DNA of 64,000 nucleotides, from positions 1,736,001 to 1,800,000 of the forward strand of contig CM039003.1 in assembly GCA_017499595.2 (NCBI GenBank), given 5' to 3'. The stretch is from Psilocybe cubensis. Taxonomy: Eukaryota. Numbering within the stretch: position 1 is the first letter of the stretch; every line of letters begins with the position of its first letter. Under the pieces are notes generated by a model. The model did not search any database and was not told where the DNA came from. It saw only the letters and a list, made by a program, of their open reading frames with translations. Below are positions 1 to 13,803 of the stretch, piece after piece. Both the position numbers and the translations under genes were made by a program.

Positions 1-1964
1 CCTGAAACACGATCGGCGAGGCGGAAGGATGGGATGCCTTTATCGGCCTGTTAAAGCCTGTTAATTGCTTGTTCAATGGATCATAAATGGCCCTGTTCAG
101 TAGCGACCTCCCGGATGTGGTCTACCTAGTAATTATGTGAGTGGAAGATGCCTTTGCGCTGAATAAATAATTGCATGGCTCAGCACACAAAAATAGAGAC
201 TGTGTATGCTTTCGATAAGAATATTGGCGGACTGGACGAAAGTGAATGGGAGATGGAATGCACCTGCTGGGAATATTGCCAGCTGGCAATGGACGGTATC
301 AATACAGGGAATTGGCGAACATGAACATTATTATTGGTGGACAAACCAGGTCGCTGGGAAAGCATAGACACTGAAAACTAATAGGTCGATACGCCGCGGG
401 ATACAGCATCCAGGTAAATGCTTCGACAACTAGAAGGTGTCGAAATAAGAATAAGAAATCAGCCAGAAGGCCAGTAGAAGGCCTGCAGGCCCAATCGGAC
501 TGGATTGGTTAAATGGAGCTGCACTCACTCCTTCAAAGTCTGAACAGTTAAAAGAGTCAAACTTTTCGACCACTTGGTTGAAAGGATTTATCGGCGAAAT
601 CGAAGAGTCGGCACCGTAAACTAACTTGGAAAGAAAGCGCTCTGCTACATAAGTGAATAAACCTAATCAGACCTAATCTCGTTACGAGTTAACGCTAAGT
701 ATAAACAACCGCCACCCATCTCTTTGAATATATATTGCAGTCCACGTACTTGTCGGATATAACTTGACATTCATCTGAGGAAGTAGAAGTATTTTGCGCT
801 TTCCCAATAAATCGCTGAATGGGCTGGGCCTAGATCGATTACAAGTCATATGAGCATGTTTTCGCTACAAAGGCAGAGAAATGAGGGAAGGATGCGACGC
901 TGTGCAGGGATCAGAGGCTGGTCGGATGAAGCTGCATCCATTTCAACAGAACTTATCTTGTGGGAAAGATCTTGACCCAGCCTACACCAAACTGCTCGCA
1001 AAATGTCCTTTTCGTCGCGCCTTTAGGTATTCATTTTGGCCGTCTGACTGTATTTTTATCAGATCCTGTTAAGAGTCAATGCAAAAGCCGGACTTCCATT
1101 AGAATATTGAATGTTCCCTGTGAATCATACACTTGTCCAACTCCGACATTCCGGTCATAGTTCTTGAATTGCGGTTCGTAGACTAAAGTAACGGCGTAGC
1201 GAGCAAATGGAAATGTTTCTGTTGCGATTAAGAGTGAGTGCATCTTCAGTCATCAGATCAAAAGTCGGTACGCGACTGGAGTCAGGTTACGCAATAGTTA
1301 ACACGATGTTCAATAGTTGCTGGAGGTTTGTGCAAACCGGAAATGAAGGATACGAGCGAAAGAAAAGTATTCCATAATCTCAGTCGATGGGTTAGGGATG
1401 ATAGGGGTTTAGAAAGTTTTGTATTTATCGGCTTCCATAGATCCATCCGCCGGAATCAGGTTCGAGAATCAAAGAACGATGTTTCGGCACGTGGAGATCG
1501 CAAGAAGAGACCCAATCGAAATTCGTCGTTATGCGTCTGCAAGAACGTGGCTAAAATTCGATTTTAAACAATTCGCTCCCCAGATGGCGACGGCCAGTTT
1601 TACAGTGAATGAACATATGCTCATGAACGCTTGTACCTACCATGTGACTGGGGGAAGGCATATGAGAAACGGGTATTGCTGCGTATCGAGTATCGGTAGA
1701 GAGATCATACGTATACAATGCGGTGTCGTAAAGCTTCTTCTTTTGACGCATGAAGTTTTCAGGGTGTTGACAATTGAATTCTCCAAGCGCAGGTGTGACC
1801 AAGTAATCTAGACATCCCTCGTCGGTGATCAATCCTCTGGAAACCAAGTTGGCTCATAAAATAATCCCAAAGCAGTCTAACGTCGACCTTCGGTCGAGCA
1901 TATATTAAGCGTAAGGTAGTATATGAACCTTGCAGAGTGGGGGCTGGGTAGATGCGAAAGGTTA

Positions 1965-2390
1965 TCAACGATTTTGTGCGCTCATAGCCTCTGTCAGGAT
2001 AATACATGAGCGCTGAATTCAGATGATACAAGTCGTAACGTACCCTCATTAGCTTCAGCAAAACGGGCTCCAACGCGCTCGGAGTGTTTGATGAATTTCT
2101 CCGTACAGTTCATGATACAAGTTTCCTAATATAAATGGATCAAAACAGTCGCGTTAAGTGTAAGTACATTGCGAAAAACCTCTTTAGATGACAGCGCCTT
2201 GGATGAGAAATCATTACAACACGTGTTGAAGCACTTTTCAACGAGATTTGAATACATTCGGAGGAAGTCTTGCATCTGACCGAAAATGAAAAGCGAACAA
2301 AGGATAGTAATCGGGAGAACGAACCTGCCTCTTCTCAATGACCTTGGTCATATGAGCTTGCTCGGCGGGATTGAAGTTCGAAAAGTCCAT
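1965..2390 (-). CDS. TIM9: Mitochondrial intermembrane-space small Tim chaperone Tim9 (4 exons)
   Basis: Spliced reading [89 protein letters not shown]. Twin CX3C motif; GT-AG introns. Confidence 0.93.
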
Positions 2391-2760
2391 GTTGGTGTTT
2401 GGCGACGGACGAAGACGAGGACTGTGAACAAAGGTGGTGGTGACGGAGGTGACCGCTCGGGAGTCCAAAGTTCGCGTGTGACGGAATTTGAAATTTTATT
2501 GAGGCCGAGAGTCACGTGCAATATTTTTAGAGATGAGATTACCCCCAAGAGCGAGGGGCTTCTGCTAGTTCGAGTCATCTATCACCAGTAATCAAAAACC
2601 CCATATCGTTGCCTACGACATCTACCTCGGTCACCAAAACGTGCTTTAACTCACCCAATTAGATCTCCACAACGCAACAAGTCCGTATAACAGTCCTACT
2701 CCCACGATCCACCTAGTATATAAGGTCCCTAACATATTTTTAACAGTGGCTGATCTCGAC

Positions 2761-4148
<1,388 letters not shown>

Positions 4149-4807
4149 ACGCTGTACGTTTCCTATGTATATTCTTCGAATGATTTCATCAGTGCTAAAA
4201 TACTACCACTATTATTATAGCGACCACCCAAAAATCTAAGCGTATATAGAATGTAGAAATGTAGAAATAGAAATCCTTGATTATCTACACATAACCGAAC
4301 ATAACTCTAACGATATGTGCTAGAACGCAATGAACTATTCTCGGATGAGCTCAGTAGGACAGCAGTCGGCTTTCTCTATATTTGGACAGGCCATTCTCGG
4401 TATTTTCTTCCCCTTATAAACATAATCGTAATTGCTCATGATTATGCGTGTCCTAAATTTCTGCCCTCACGCCTTCAAGCAGATTTCCTATTTCCAAGCG
4501 GTTAGCAACACGGCATTACAACCTGAGCTTCTGGAGCGATTGTGCATCGTGGATTGTTCAAAACGCGCTGTACGTAGTAACCCTTAAGATTGTTAACTGG
4601 AAGCGCAGCAGCAGGTATCTAGATGCGACAACTCAAAATGGACGAGTCCACCGAATGGATCATGCGCATCTGCAGTTTGAAATGCCAAAGATCCTTATAC
4701 ACTCGACAAGTCGTTGACAAAACATCGGTCAATCTAAGGTCGAAGAAAATCTATCGCTCAACCATCTCATTTTTACTTCTATACAACTCGCACTTTACAG
4801 GATAATT

Positions 4808-5704
4808 TTATAATGACGGAATACTTCCAGGCCAAAAGACCGATCCACCTTTATTGTCTGCGTACCAGTCAAGTTCATGTGCAATCAACACTCGAACGCG
4901 TGAAATCTTCAACAACTCGCGTATATGATCGATGTGTTTTTCTGCCAGGTTCTTGTCTATATGAAGGCACCAAGTAGGGTCCCATGGAGCACCGACTTTG
5001 ATTGAAGATTCGCCTGTAATGATCTTCCAGTGGTGCGTGCTGTCGCCTGCAAGATAAATCCATGCGCCATCCGGAGAGGTCCTCGCCAATACATTTATGT
5101 GTCCGGGAAGATGTCCCGGGCTATCGATGATGTACAAACTTCCATCTCCGTAAAAGTCATGACCGCGAGGGAAGGGGCCGATGGTTGGACATTCTGTAAA
5201 ATCCAAAAATCGTGTCCGGTCCATAGGATAGAGGTCGCTGAAATGTGCCGCGTCAGGTTTGGTAGGGTAGCCTTCGGCGAGGAAGGGTCGAACTGCTTCA
5301 TTTGAGATGAAAGTGGCTTTGGTGAAGGCGCTGGGGTCCCCTGTGTGGTCCCAGTGGATGTGTGAAATGCAGACGTAATCTATGTCCTCGGGTCTAGTGT
5401 TACCTTTGGCAAGGGAGTCAACGCAGTGGTGCGTTGCGTCAACCGAGGTGGAGGGGTTTGCAATCATCTTTTGCACCGCTGGTGGATAACTGTCCAGATT
5501 AGGTGGAATCCCGAGGTCGAAGAGGAATTTATGCCCATTGGTGGAATGTTGTATGAGGAAACATAGTGACGGCAATGTTATACGATTAGAATAATCGGGT
5601 ACTGGATTAGTTATGAACAAATCTTCGGGCGCTGTGATGTGTCCTCCATCGAGTGCAGATACAACGCAAAAAGCTTGGTTTACAACTTCACTGGGGAGCG
5701 CCAT
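4808..5704 (-). CDS. Metallo-beta-lactamase-fold hydrolase (AHL-lactonase / fungal lactamase-like), single exon, copy 1
   Basis: Uninterrupted 298-aa ORF from ATG 5704, with FLFDLG, SHIHWDHTGD (HxHxDH), PGHLPGH, LAGDSTHH and IAHE. Confidence 0.9.
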   Translation of the reverse strand: MALPSEVVNQAFCVVSALDGGHITAPEDLFITNPVPDYSNRITLPSLCFLIQHSTNGHKFLFDLGIPPNLDSYPPAVQKMIANPSTSVDATHHCVDSLAKGNTRPEDIDYVCISHIHWDHTGDPSAFTKATFISNEAVRPFLAEGYPTKPDAAHFSDLYPMDRTRFLDFTECPTIGPFPRGHDFYGDGSLYIIDSPGHLPGHINVLARTSPDGAWIYLAGDSTHHWKIITGESSIKVGAPWDPTWCLHIDKNLAEKHIDHIRELLKISRVRVLIAHELDWYADNKGGSVFWPGSIPSL

Positions 5705-6001
5705 CACGACTCTGCGCTACAATTGTCAGTAAATACATGTCAAGAGGAGTCCTGTACTGACATTTGTTTCACGTTGCTTGTAAGGTGTGATAAATCACTG
5801 AAAGTGCTGGGTATTTGGATCTTACATAGCGCATTATTTATACTTGACTGAATCGTATCCCCCCCGTTTCGGAAGATCGCTTTTTCATAAAAAAACTGGA
5901 GATGAATGGCCCAATAAAATAGGTATTACTAAGGAAACGCTAATTGACTATCATGCCACACGTCGTGGGGCGAATAAAATAGTCAATAAAATGGTGCGCG
6001 G

Positions 6002-6892
6002 TTAAAGTGATGCAATTTTTCCAGGCCAAAAAGCATCGCCGCCTTTGTTCTTGGAATACCAAGGTTCATCGTGGGCAATGATCACCCGTACACGAGGTAG
6101 TTTCCACAAAGCATTAATGCGGCGGATGTGTTCTTCAGCTAACTCTTTATCCGCATGAGCACAGATATGCAGATGGCCCGGATGTCCTACAGCGACGTCT
6201 GATTCAAGGGTGATAAGATTCCAATGATGGGCGCTATCGCCGCCTAAAAATATCCATCCACCATCTGAGGAGGTGCGTGCGAGGACATTAATATGACCTG
6301 GAAGATGACCGGCAGCATCGATGATGTAGAGACTTCCGTCTCCGTAAAAGTCGAATGAGCGAGGGAACGGACCGATAGGCTTCCATTCGCCAGGATCTAA
6401 AAAGAGCGTGCGGTCACTGGGAAGGAGGTCATGAGAGTAACGGCCATCCGGTTTGTCAGGATATTTTGATTCCTGAAGCAGAGATTGAGCCGCAGTGCCG
6501 ATCAAGAAAGTGCTGTTGGTAAACGGGTGGGTGTTGCCTGTGTGGTCCCAGTGGAGATGTGATAGGCAGACATATTTAATATCAGTCGGCTGCAACCCTC
6601 CTTTTTGAAGAGACTCTACGACATCTTGTTTGACATCTACTGGATATGTCTTCTTCGCCCATTCGACGATAGCAGGCGGGTAATTTTCCCAGTCTTTGCG
6701 AATTCCTAAGTCAAAGACAAAGTTTTCGTTGCGTGTTGAGTGGCGAATGAGGAAGCTTAAAGATGGTGCTTTGGTGACCATTCCTGAAACGGCATTGGTG
6801 ATGAACATGGTGTCAAGCAGGTCGATCAGGCCTGCTTCAAGGGCAGAGACATTACAGTACGCTTGATTCTCTGCTGGTTGAGGAAGAGACAT
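6002..6892 (-). CDS. Metallo-beta-lactamase-fold hydrolase (AHL-lactonase / fungal lactamase-like), single exon, copy 2
   Basis: Uninterrupted 296-aa ORF with FVFDLG, SHLHWDHTGN, AGHLPGH, LGGDSAHH and IAHD. Collinear with copy 1 from end to end. Confidence 0.9.
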   Translation of the reverse strand: MSLPQPAENQAYCNVSALEAGLIDLLDTMFITNAVSGMVTKAPSLSFLIRHSTRNENFVFDLGIRKDWENYPPAIVEWAKKTYPVDVKQDVVESLQKGGLQPTDIKYVCLSHLHWDHTGNTHPFTNSTFLIGTAAQSLLQESKYPDKPDGRYSHDLLPSDRTLFLDPGEWKPIGPFPRSFDFYGDGSLYIIDAAGHLPGHINVLARTSSDGGWIFLGGDSAHHWNLITLESDVAVGHPGHLHICAHADKELAEEHIRRINALWKLPRVRVIIAHDEPWYSKNKGGDAFWPGKIASL

Positions 6893-8443
6893 GACGGGCG
6901 TGGACTCGCTTCATAGGCTAACAAGTGAGAATCATAACGGCGAAAGGTATGCTGCCCAATACAACTCACCTTATGAATGTTGGGAGAAAAAGAGTAAATG
7001 GCTGTTGATTATGCTCCAAAGACATTAAATACCCAAGGACATCCATATATAACGTCGATGATACCAACTTTTCACAGATGACATATTCATTGGAGTCAGG
7101 TGGTCGGTTTAACTTTGGCATTCTAGTTCACCTCCCAGCATGGTGTACCTAAAAAGTTGCCATGAACGCAAAAGTTGACCACCTGTTGGTAACGAAAGCA
7201 GGCCCGAAGATTATACTGCGACATAACATTTGATTAATGATATAAGTGATTGATTTTCGAGATAGTGATTCGGGGTGCTGATAATCTATGTAAAATCCAC
7301 ACCATGGACTCCTCTGTGAAGCAGCGATAGTGATACTAATCAATGAAAACTGAACTCTGTGGCTCGACACTTGAGATTCTCCAGATGTTGTATACTTGGC
7401 AGGGGAGTAAGAGCAGGGAGTAGTCGTGGGAGGTGACCAGTGAGATGATACAGTAGCCCGGAAGATTTACGCATTTTGTAATTACACAAGGCTGTGGACC
7501 ATAACCGCGCGTTCCTGTATAAGATTGAACAGCAATTCTCAGGCTTTCAAAGAGAGGTTGACTCCGTCAACCGAAGTTGAAGTCATGAAGAATTGTTGAA
7601 AGAGCTAGGGATTTGTTGATTGTCCATATGATTTTAGACCTCCCTATGCACACCAAGACAATAGCCCGTTGCGTAGCGTTCGCGTTGATTGCTGTCTATG
7701 AAAGAAAAGCAAAAGCATGCGTTGGTTATTGAGTGGGCGAGGGATTTGTTGTCATGTAACAGGTCCAGTCAATGATCACGAAAGCTGCCTGGTAGGTGGA
7801 AGTGGGATAAGTTGATGTGCGTGGACTGGATCTAATGCTGTTTAGTTGTTGAATGATACACGACCGCGCGAGGCCAGTCAGTCCTTAGTCGCTGTTTTGG
7901 TCATAGTGGACATTGTGCAGCAATGCGCAGTTTTGGACTGTGCAATGGTGGCCAAGATCCGAATAGTCCATGTAGGTGTGGAAGGGCCCTATTCAACTAG
8001 TAGATATGTAGAATGTTATGTTATGTTGAGGATGGCATATTAGTGGATTGCTATGGAGCAGTATGGAGCTCATTGAGCAGGGAATGGGTCGAGAAGAGGC
8101 TCCGGCTAATTGAATGACAGTGATTCCCGAGGCACCGACGACTCCGCTTGGGCCCGCCTCGGAAAAGACCCCTAATTTGAGAATGCCGCGACTCATTGGC
8201 AATGACAAGCGCTCCGGGTCTGCAGCACCGACAACGACACGTATTGTTCCAATTGTAACGTTGGCCACATGGCTTTGGCACGGATTGGGTCTGTCTTCGT
8301 CATCCGTTTACTATTACGGCAATTCACAATCGATAATCCCAAACAATCGTCCGTCGTTCCGATGGAGTTCGGAAACAACGCTTGCAAGGACCAGGGTGCA
8401 CCCAACTTTCTTTTCTCACTAACCACGACCGGCTTTTTGTAGG

Positions 8444-11400
8444 ATGGCACCGAATGTGTCCCGCATATTTTCAAGGCGTAAGCCGACCAAGACTGCCAGC
8501 ACAGATAGTGGCAAGGGCGACGCGGACACGACCTTGAGCCCTAAGAGGTCACCTTCTCAATCCTCTAGTAGCTCTCAAAGCTCTACGAATTCGCACTTGA
8601 TATCTTCGTTGTACAACGAAGCTGGAAAGTTTGAAAAGATCCTCCTCTCTTCCGGTTGTATCAGCCCTCGAGATTCGCCCAACGGTACTAGCGGTTTTGA
8701 CGACCTTGTCATGCGTGATCTTACTAAGAGCGAGCGCGCTTATGCCAATCACGATGCCAGAATTCTAGCAGCCGGAAATTCATGGGTATCCTTAGCAGAC
8801 TTAGACGAAAGTCTTTTTTCCGACATCGACAGCAACAGTGCAGAGATCGCGAGTGTCACAACGGCATCTACTACTCAGAGTTCCAGTGATGGTTCTGAGC
8901 GTCCGAAGCCTGCCATTCATCGAGCCTCAACAATTGACAGTCAATCCTTGGAGTCTATGGAGCCGGAAGACATCGTCAACATACTCATAGACGAGTTTGG
9001 AGTCATAGCTGCTCCTGGGGAGGAAGAAAAACTGATTTTGGAGACGGATGGGGCACTTCTACATGATGTGGCTATTGTGGTCAGTAATTTGATCAATTCA
9101 TACTTTTCCCTCAACTGTGAAAAAAATCTAGGGCGTCATTCATTTAACGACACATCGTTTAACTTTCCATGCCTCTTTACAAGCAACTCGTCCCGACTTA
9201 TCATCTTTACAAGAGCCAATAAAGGCAGGTCCGGCGATAATGCATCGTAAAGGGTGGAGGACGAAACGCCGTGTCTGGGTCGAACTTACGCATGATATGC
9301 TGTGCGCATATTCCTCAAGTAACGAAGACGAGAAAGCACGTCCCTTGTGTTCGCTTCTTCGTGAGTCCCTGTTATTTAATTTTTTGAATTGGCTAAGTAT
9401 ATGTTTGGTAGTGTCATTTGTAAAGGATGTCGTTCCTTACGACAAATCAGCGCCACGGGTCATACGATTCAACCTAGACCAGCATGTCACAAGCGTTAAC
9501 GAATATGCGGAGTTCGATACCGAAGAATCAGCTCAGGAATGGAGAAGGGAAATCAAGGGTGGGTTTTACATAGTTAAAAGTGTTCACACAAGAACTGAAA
9601 TATTTTCATCATGAAGGCGCTATCTTTAGCTATCGCCATCTCAGACGGGAGCTCTTTGCAAGCCCAACACCAGAGTCAAGCGGTGTGAGATTCCACTGTC
9701 CACTCATACAAATAGACAGCCTGAAATGGGTCCACGAATCCATTTTTGCCTCGGTCGTCTCTATGAAAGTGAAATTAGAGACTTCTGAATTCCGGTTCGA
9801 CAATGAGAACCTACCTCAATCGCAAGTTTTTGAACTAGGGCCATGCGAAACTATTCCTGCCTGGCAACGCCTGGGCGACTACGTTGCAGAGGCAAAAGAG
9901 GCTCACAGAGAGCGAGATTCTTACCCTCCGGTGGTAGTTGATTTTGGGCCGTACAACTTTTTTGAAACCGATTATGGTCCAATAAAATCTCCTGGCAAGC
10001 TTTCTGCTCGTGGTGAGACGGCCGTGCGTGTTGCCTTGGGATTTAGTCCCGAGTCAACTGTTTGGAGTGAGTTCTCTGTGCACAGATTTTATTACTGTGA
10101 CTGACAATTTTGAATAGTTGTAAGGGCTCGCATCAATCGCTCTATATCTTGCACTGGCTATTTTGCTCTCTCGGATACTCATTTGGGATTCTGGTGCAAA
10201 AATATCACACAAGCCGACCTCCGCTATCGGTTACCACTTTCCAGCGTACGATCCGTCAAGCCGTTCAGCATGAATTGGATCTCAGTCGAAGGCATTACAA
10301 TAACCATTGAGGGCAAACCGGACTTGAACTTTACGTTCAAAACCGCACTTATTCGTGACCAGGCTATAAAGAATATCACGTCGTCTATGTCATCACTCCA
10401 GATTGGACAGTTAAATCTATCTTCCGTACCCTCTTCCCCCACAAGTACCAAGTCATCATTCAGTTTCAACTCTTATACACCACCGTCATCTCTATCCGGG
10501 AAGCTCGACCCGGTCAGCTTCTTTGCCCCCCTCTCTCGTTCCCTCGCTGCCGCTGCTGAAGCAGCAGCACACAGTACTCTTCCGCGCATGGATCGACTAA
10601 ACCAAATACCAAAAGTTTTAAATTTTCCACGTGAAGTTTTGATCACGGAGAAATATTTGCACTTCGTTTGTCTTACAATCGGTTCACGAGGAGATGTCCA
10701 GCCATACATTGCTCTAGGTGTCAGGTTGATCAAGGAAGGTCATACGGTGACAATTGTCACACACGAAGAATACCGGGACTGGGTTGTCGGGTTTGGAATA
10801 CGACATCGAACAGCAGGTGGAGACCCTGGTGCTTTGATGAAGCTTAGCGTCGAAAATAAGGTATGGTTAAGTTCATTCCAATCGCATATACGCCTTGACT
10901 TGAATTTCTTTCTCGCAGATGTTCTCCCCGGAATTTTTCAAACAAAGTTTGATGAACGTACGTACTCATTTTCCGCTAAATAAAAAACAAAAATTGATAT
11001 CAATAATTCTTAGTTTCGGCCATGGCTTGACCAGCGTATGTTTTAAAATTCTTTTTTTTCTCGAGCAACTTTTTATAACTTCATTTTTAGTCCTTGTTGA
11101 CTCTTGGGCTGCGTGTCGAGATGCTGATGTATTGCTTGAGAGTCCCTCTGCAATGGCAGGGGTACACATAGCGGAGGCCCTGAGTGAGTAGTGCGTAATT
11201 GGTTTCTCTTACTATATTGACTGTAGAACAGATATTCCATATTTCCGAACTTTCACAATGCCTTGGACTAAGTGAGCTCAACTGTACATTAAGTACACAT
11301 CTTGTGCGACTAACCATTTTATAGGACCAGTGAATTCCCGCATGCATTTTTAAGCCCTCCTGTTGACTCGCCCACTTTCAACGCTGCTTCGTACGTCATG

Positions 11401-12647
11401 TTGTTTTTCTAATATGTCTTCCTTGCTGAAATCTATATTAGCTATGTCATGTTCAGGTACGGCTACTATGGCCTTTCAGAGTCTAAACGATTAATTTTTT
11501 TGTAGTAATGTGATGTGGGCTGCGACTTCTGGTCAAATCAACAAATGGAGACGCAACACTCTAGGACTAGCTAGTACCGATATGGGACATTTGGCTCAAT
11601 CGAAAATCACCTTTATCTACAACTTTTCAAGAGTTAGCATTCCACTGTATCTTATGTCTTGATTTTGTTCCTCACCTTCAACACAGGCCGTTGTACCAAA
11701 GCCATTAGATTGGCCTGACACTACAATCGTCTCGGGATAGTAAGTTTCTAGTTTTTCAGCCACATGCATCCGTAGATTGATCAATACTCAAATTTCAGTT
11801 GGTTCCTTGACAATCCGGACATCGGATGGACCCCTCCTCAAGAGCTTTTGGATTGGATGCAGAAAGCTCGTGCAGACGGCAAACCTATTGTTTACATTGG
11901 CTTCGGAAGCATTACTGTACCTCGGCCAAATAAAGTTACTGCGACTATCTTCAAGGCCGTCCTCAAGAGTAAGCCGTCGAGTTGATTTATGTTGTAATAA
12001 TTCCTTATATTCCACCTAGGTGGGGTAAGAGCTATCGTTTCAAAGGGCTGGTCGGCACGAATGAGCAAAGGAGATGACAAAGATCCTGTTGTACCAACAC
12101 CTCCGGAATGCTTCCTTTTGGATAAAGTACCCCATGATTGGTTGTTTCCCCGCATCGACGCTGCAGTTCATCACGGCGGTGCGGGGACAACCGGCGCAAG
12201 TCTCAGGGCTGGCATTCCGACAATCATCAAACCCTGGTTTGGGGATCAATTCTTTTGGGCAGCGAGGGTGCAGGTCTTAGGGGTAAATATTGTCTTTTTT
12301 TGGCCTTGCATTGTTCTAAACCTGCTGGGATAGGCTGGACTCAAGGTGTCTTCTCTTCACTCTAATGCGTTAGCGGCAGCTATGGTGAAAGCTACCACAG
12401 ATCGGTCAGTAATATATTTTAATTCAAACTTACCTTACAACTAATACCTTTGCAATCCCCAGTGCTATGAAAGCAAAAGCCGCGTCTGTCGGTGAAGCGA
12501 TCCGCAAGGTGAGCTGTTGACTGCTGTCAGGTTGTACAATATTCAAACGTCTCTGTGTATCTTCAGGAGGACGGCGTTCACACTGCTATATACACAATCT
12601 ATACTTATCTACACCGCGCATCACTAAACAGGGCATCATTGACATAG
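8444..12647 (+). CDS. ATG26: Sterol 3-beta-glucosyltransferase (Atg26/Ugt51-like) with N-terminal PH/GRAM-like region, many exons
   Basis: Motifs [97 protein letters not shown]. Confidence 0.92.
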
Positions 12648-12889
12648 GGAGTAATACAGGACCAAATGCCCTGGGGGGGTAATTGACTATTGATATGGAC
12701 ACAATATTGACGACTGGCGCTGACGCGCTCTATGACTTACACATTTCTCATTGCTTTTTCGGTTTGTTTTGGATGTTTGTGGTGCCGGAGGTTTTTTAGT
12801 GTACTAATAGAATGCCAACTATGTATTTTTCGGAGACATGAAATACTACATATCCAGTTTAATTTTATGGTTATGGGATCATCATAGCA

Positions 12890-13330
12890 TCATAGGAGGG
12901 ATCGCGGTATGTTGGAAGAGTGCGACGAAGAAGTCGAGGAAGTCAATAGAGAAGCTAGAGTTGTCGACGAGGAGGATGATATAGGTGCCACGGGGATGTC
13001 ATAAATGACACTTAAAGTGGCCATGCGATCTGCATATGTATCGTGCTGAGAGGGAGCACATAAGATTTCGGGGCCACATAAAAATGAAGATTTAGATGCA
13101 CTTACTACGTTTTGCAAACGGCGAAGCTCTAATTCTGCTGATACATCCTTTACCCCGTCTACCTTGCTCCTGATCCGTGTCAGAGCTTCACTTAACAGCA
13201 TGATAGCCTGCGAATACGCAGCGATCGTGTCGTTGGGCTTGGAATCAGTGCTACTATCAAGCTCAACGGCTTGCTTCGCAAATTTGAGAGCTGTCGTAAG
13301 AGCCTCGCGAGTTGACGAAATATACGACAT
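12890..13330 (-). CDS. Small MIT-domain protein (one intron)
   Basis: ALKFAKQAVELDS...IAAYSQAIMLL...ELRRLQN(V)HDTYADRMATL fits the three-helix MIT pattern; Ser-rich tail. Confidence 0.7.
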   Translation of the reverse strand: MSYISSTREALTTALKFAKQAVELDSSTDSKPNDTIAAYSQAIMLLSEALTRIRSKVDGVKDVSAELELRRLQNVVSASKSSFLCGPEILCAPSQHDTYADRMATLSVIYDIPVAPISSSSSTTLASLLTSSTSSSHSSNIPRSLL

Positions 13331-13803
13331 GGTAGTGAAACGTATATGGAGAAAAAGAATGCCACTCGAGCGTTGTCGGTTGACAGGGTTTGTCTGGCTC
13401 GGGGGACTAAGCCCGGGAGTTCATAAGTCTCGAGGAAATGAACTTGTTAGATTGAATGTTCGGTATTTGTAGCCCAGTTGACGATTGATACATGATGGTC
13501 TGGCGACTGATAGGTTCAAGTTGGTGTGAAAACATGTTCTCGTATAGAGTGCTGCTGATTACAGTTGAACGTGGAACGTGAATGTTGAACAACAATCATT
13601 ACAATTGACAAGGTCACGCGATCCAATTAACACGCGTGTCACAAACCCGTGTACTTTGTTACTAGTTAGTGTGACGTACGGTAAAACAGTCGAAAGGCTC
13701 CGAGCTAAATTGCTCTGTTGACCATCATGTTAAGCTTATAATCGACCCAGCATCAATTTGAATCTCCTGATAACGGCACAGCTACTGAACGAGTGACCAT
13801 CCG

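Noticed and set aside
46..100. GCCTGTTAA-like unit repeated 3-4 times with ~10-bp spacing at the window start
   Set aside because: Too short and degenerate. It has no spacer structure (not CRISPR-like), and the gene it might regulate lies outside the window.
7392..7407. ATACTTGGCAGGGGAG resembles the 5' end of metazoan U1 snRNA
   Set aside because: It lacks the essential ACUUACCUG splice-site-pairing sequence, and I see no downstream U1 stem-loops or properly placed Sm site. Probably chance.
8114..8422. 102-aa ATG ORF just upstream of ATG26
   Set aside because: No recognisable domain or splice link to ATG26. It cannot be called a gene or uORF without transcript data.
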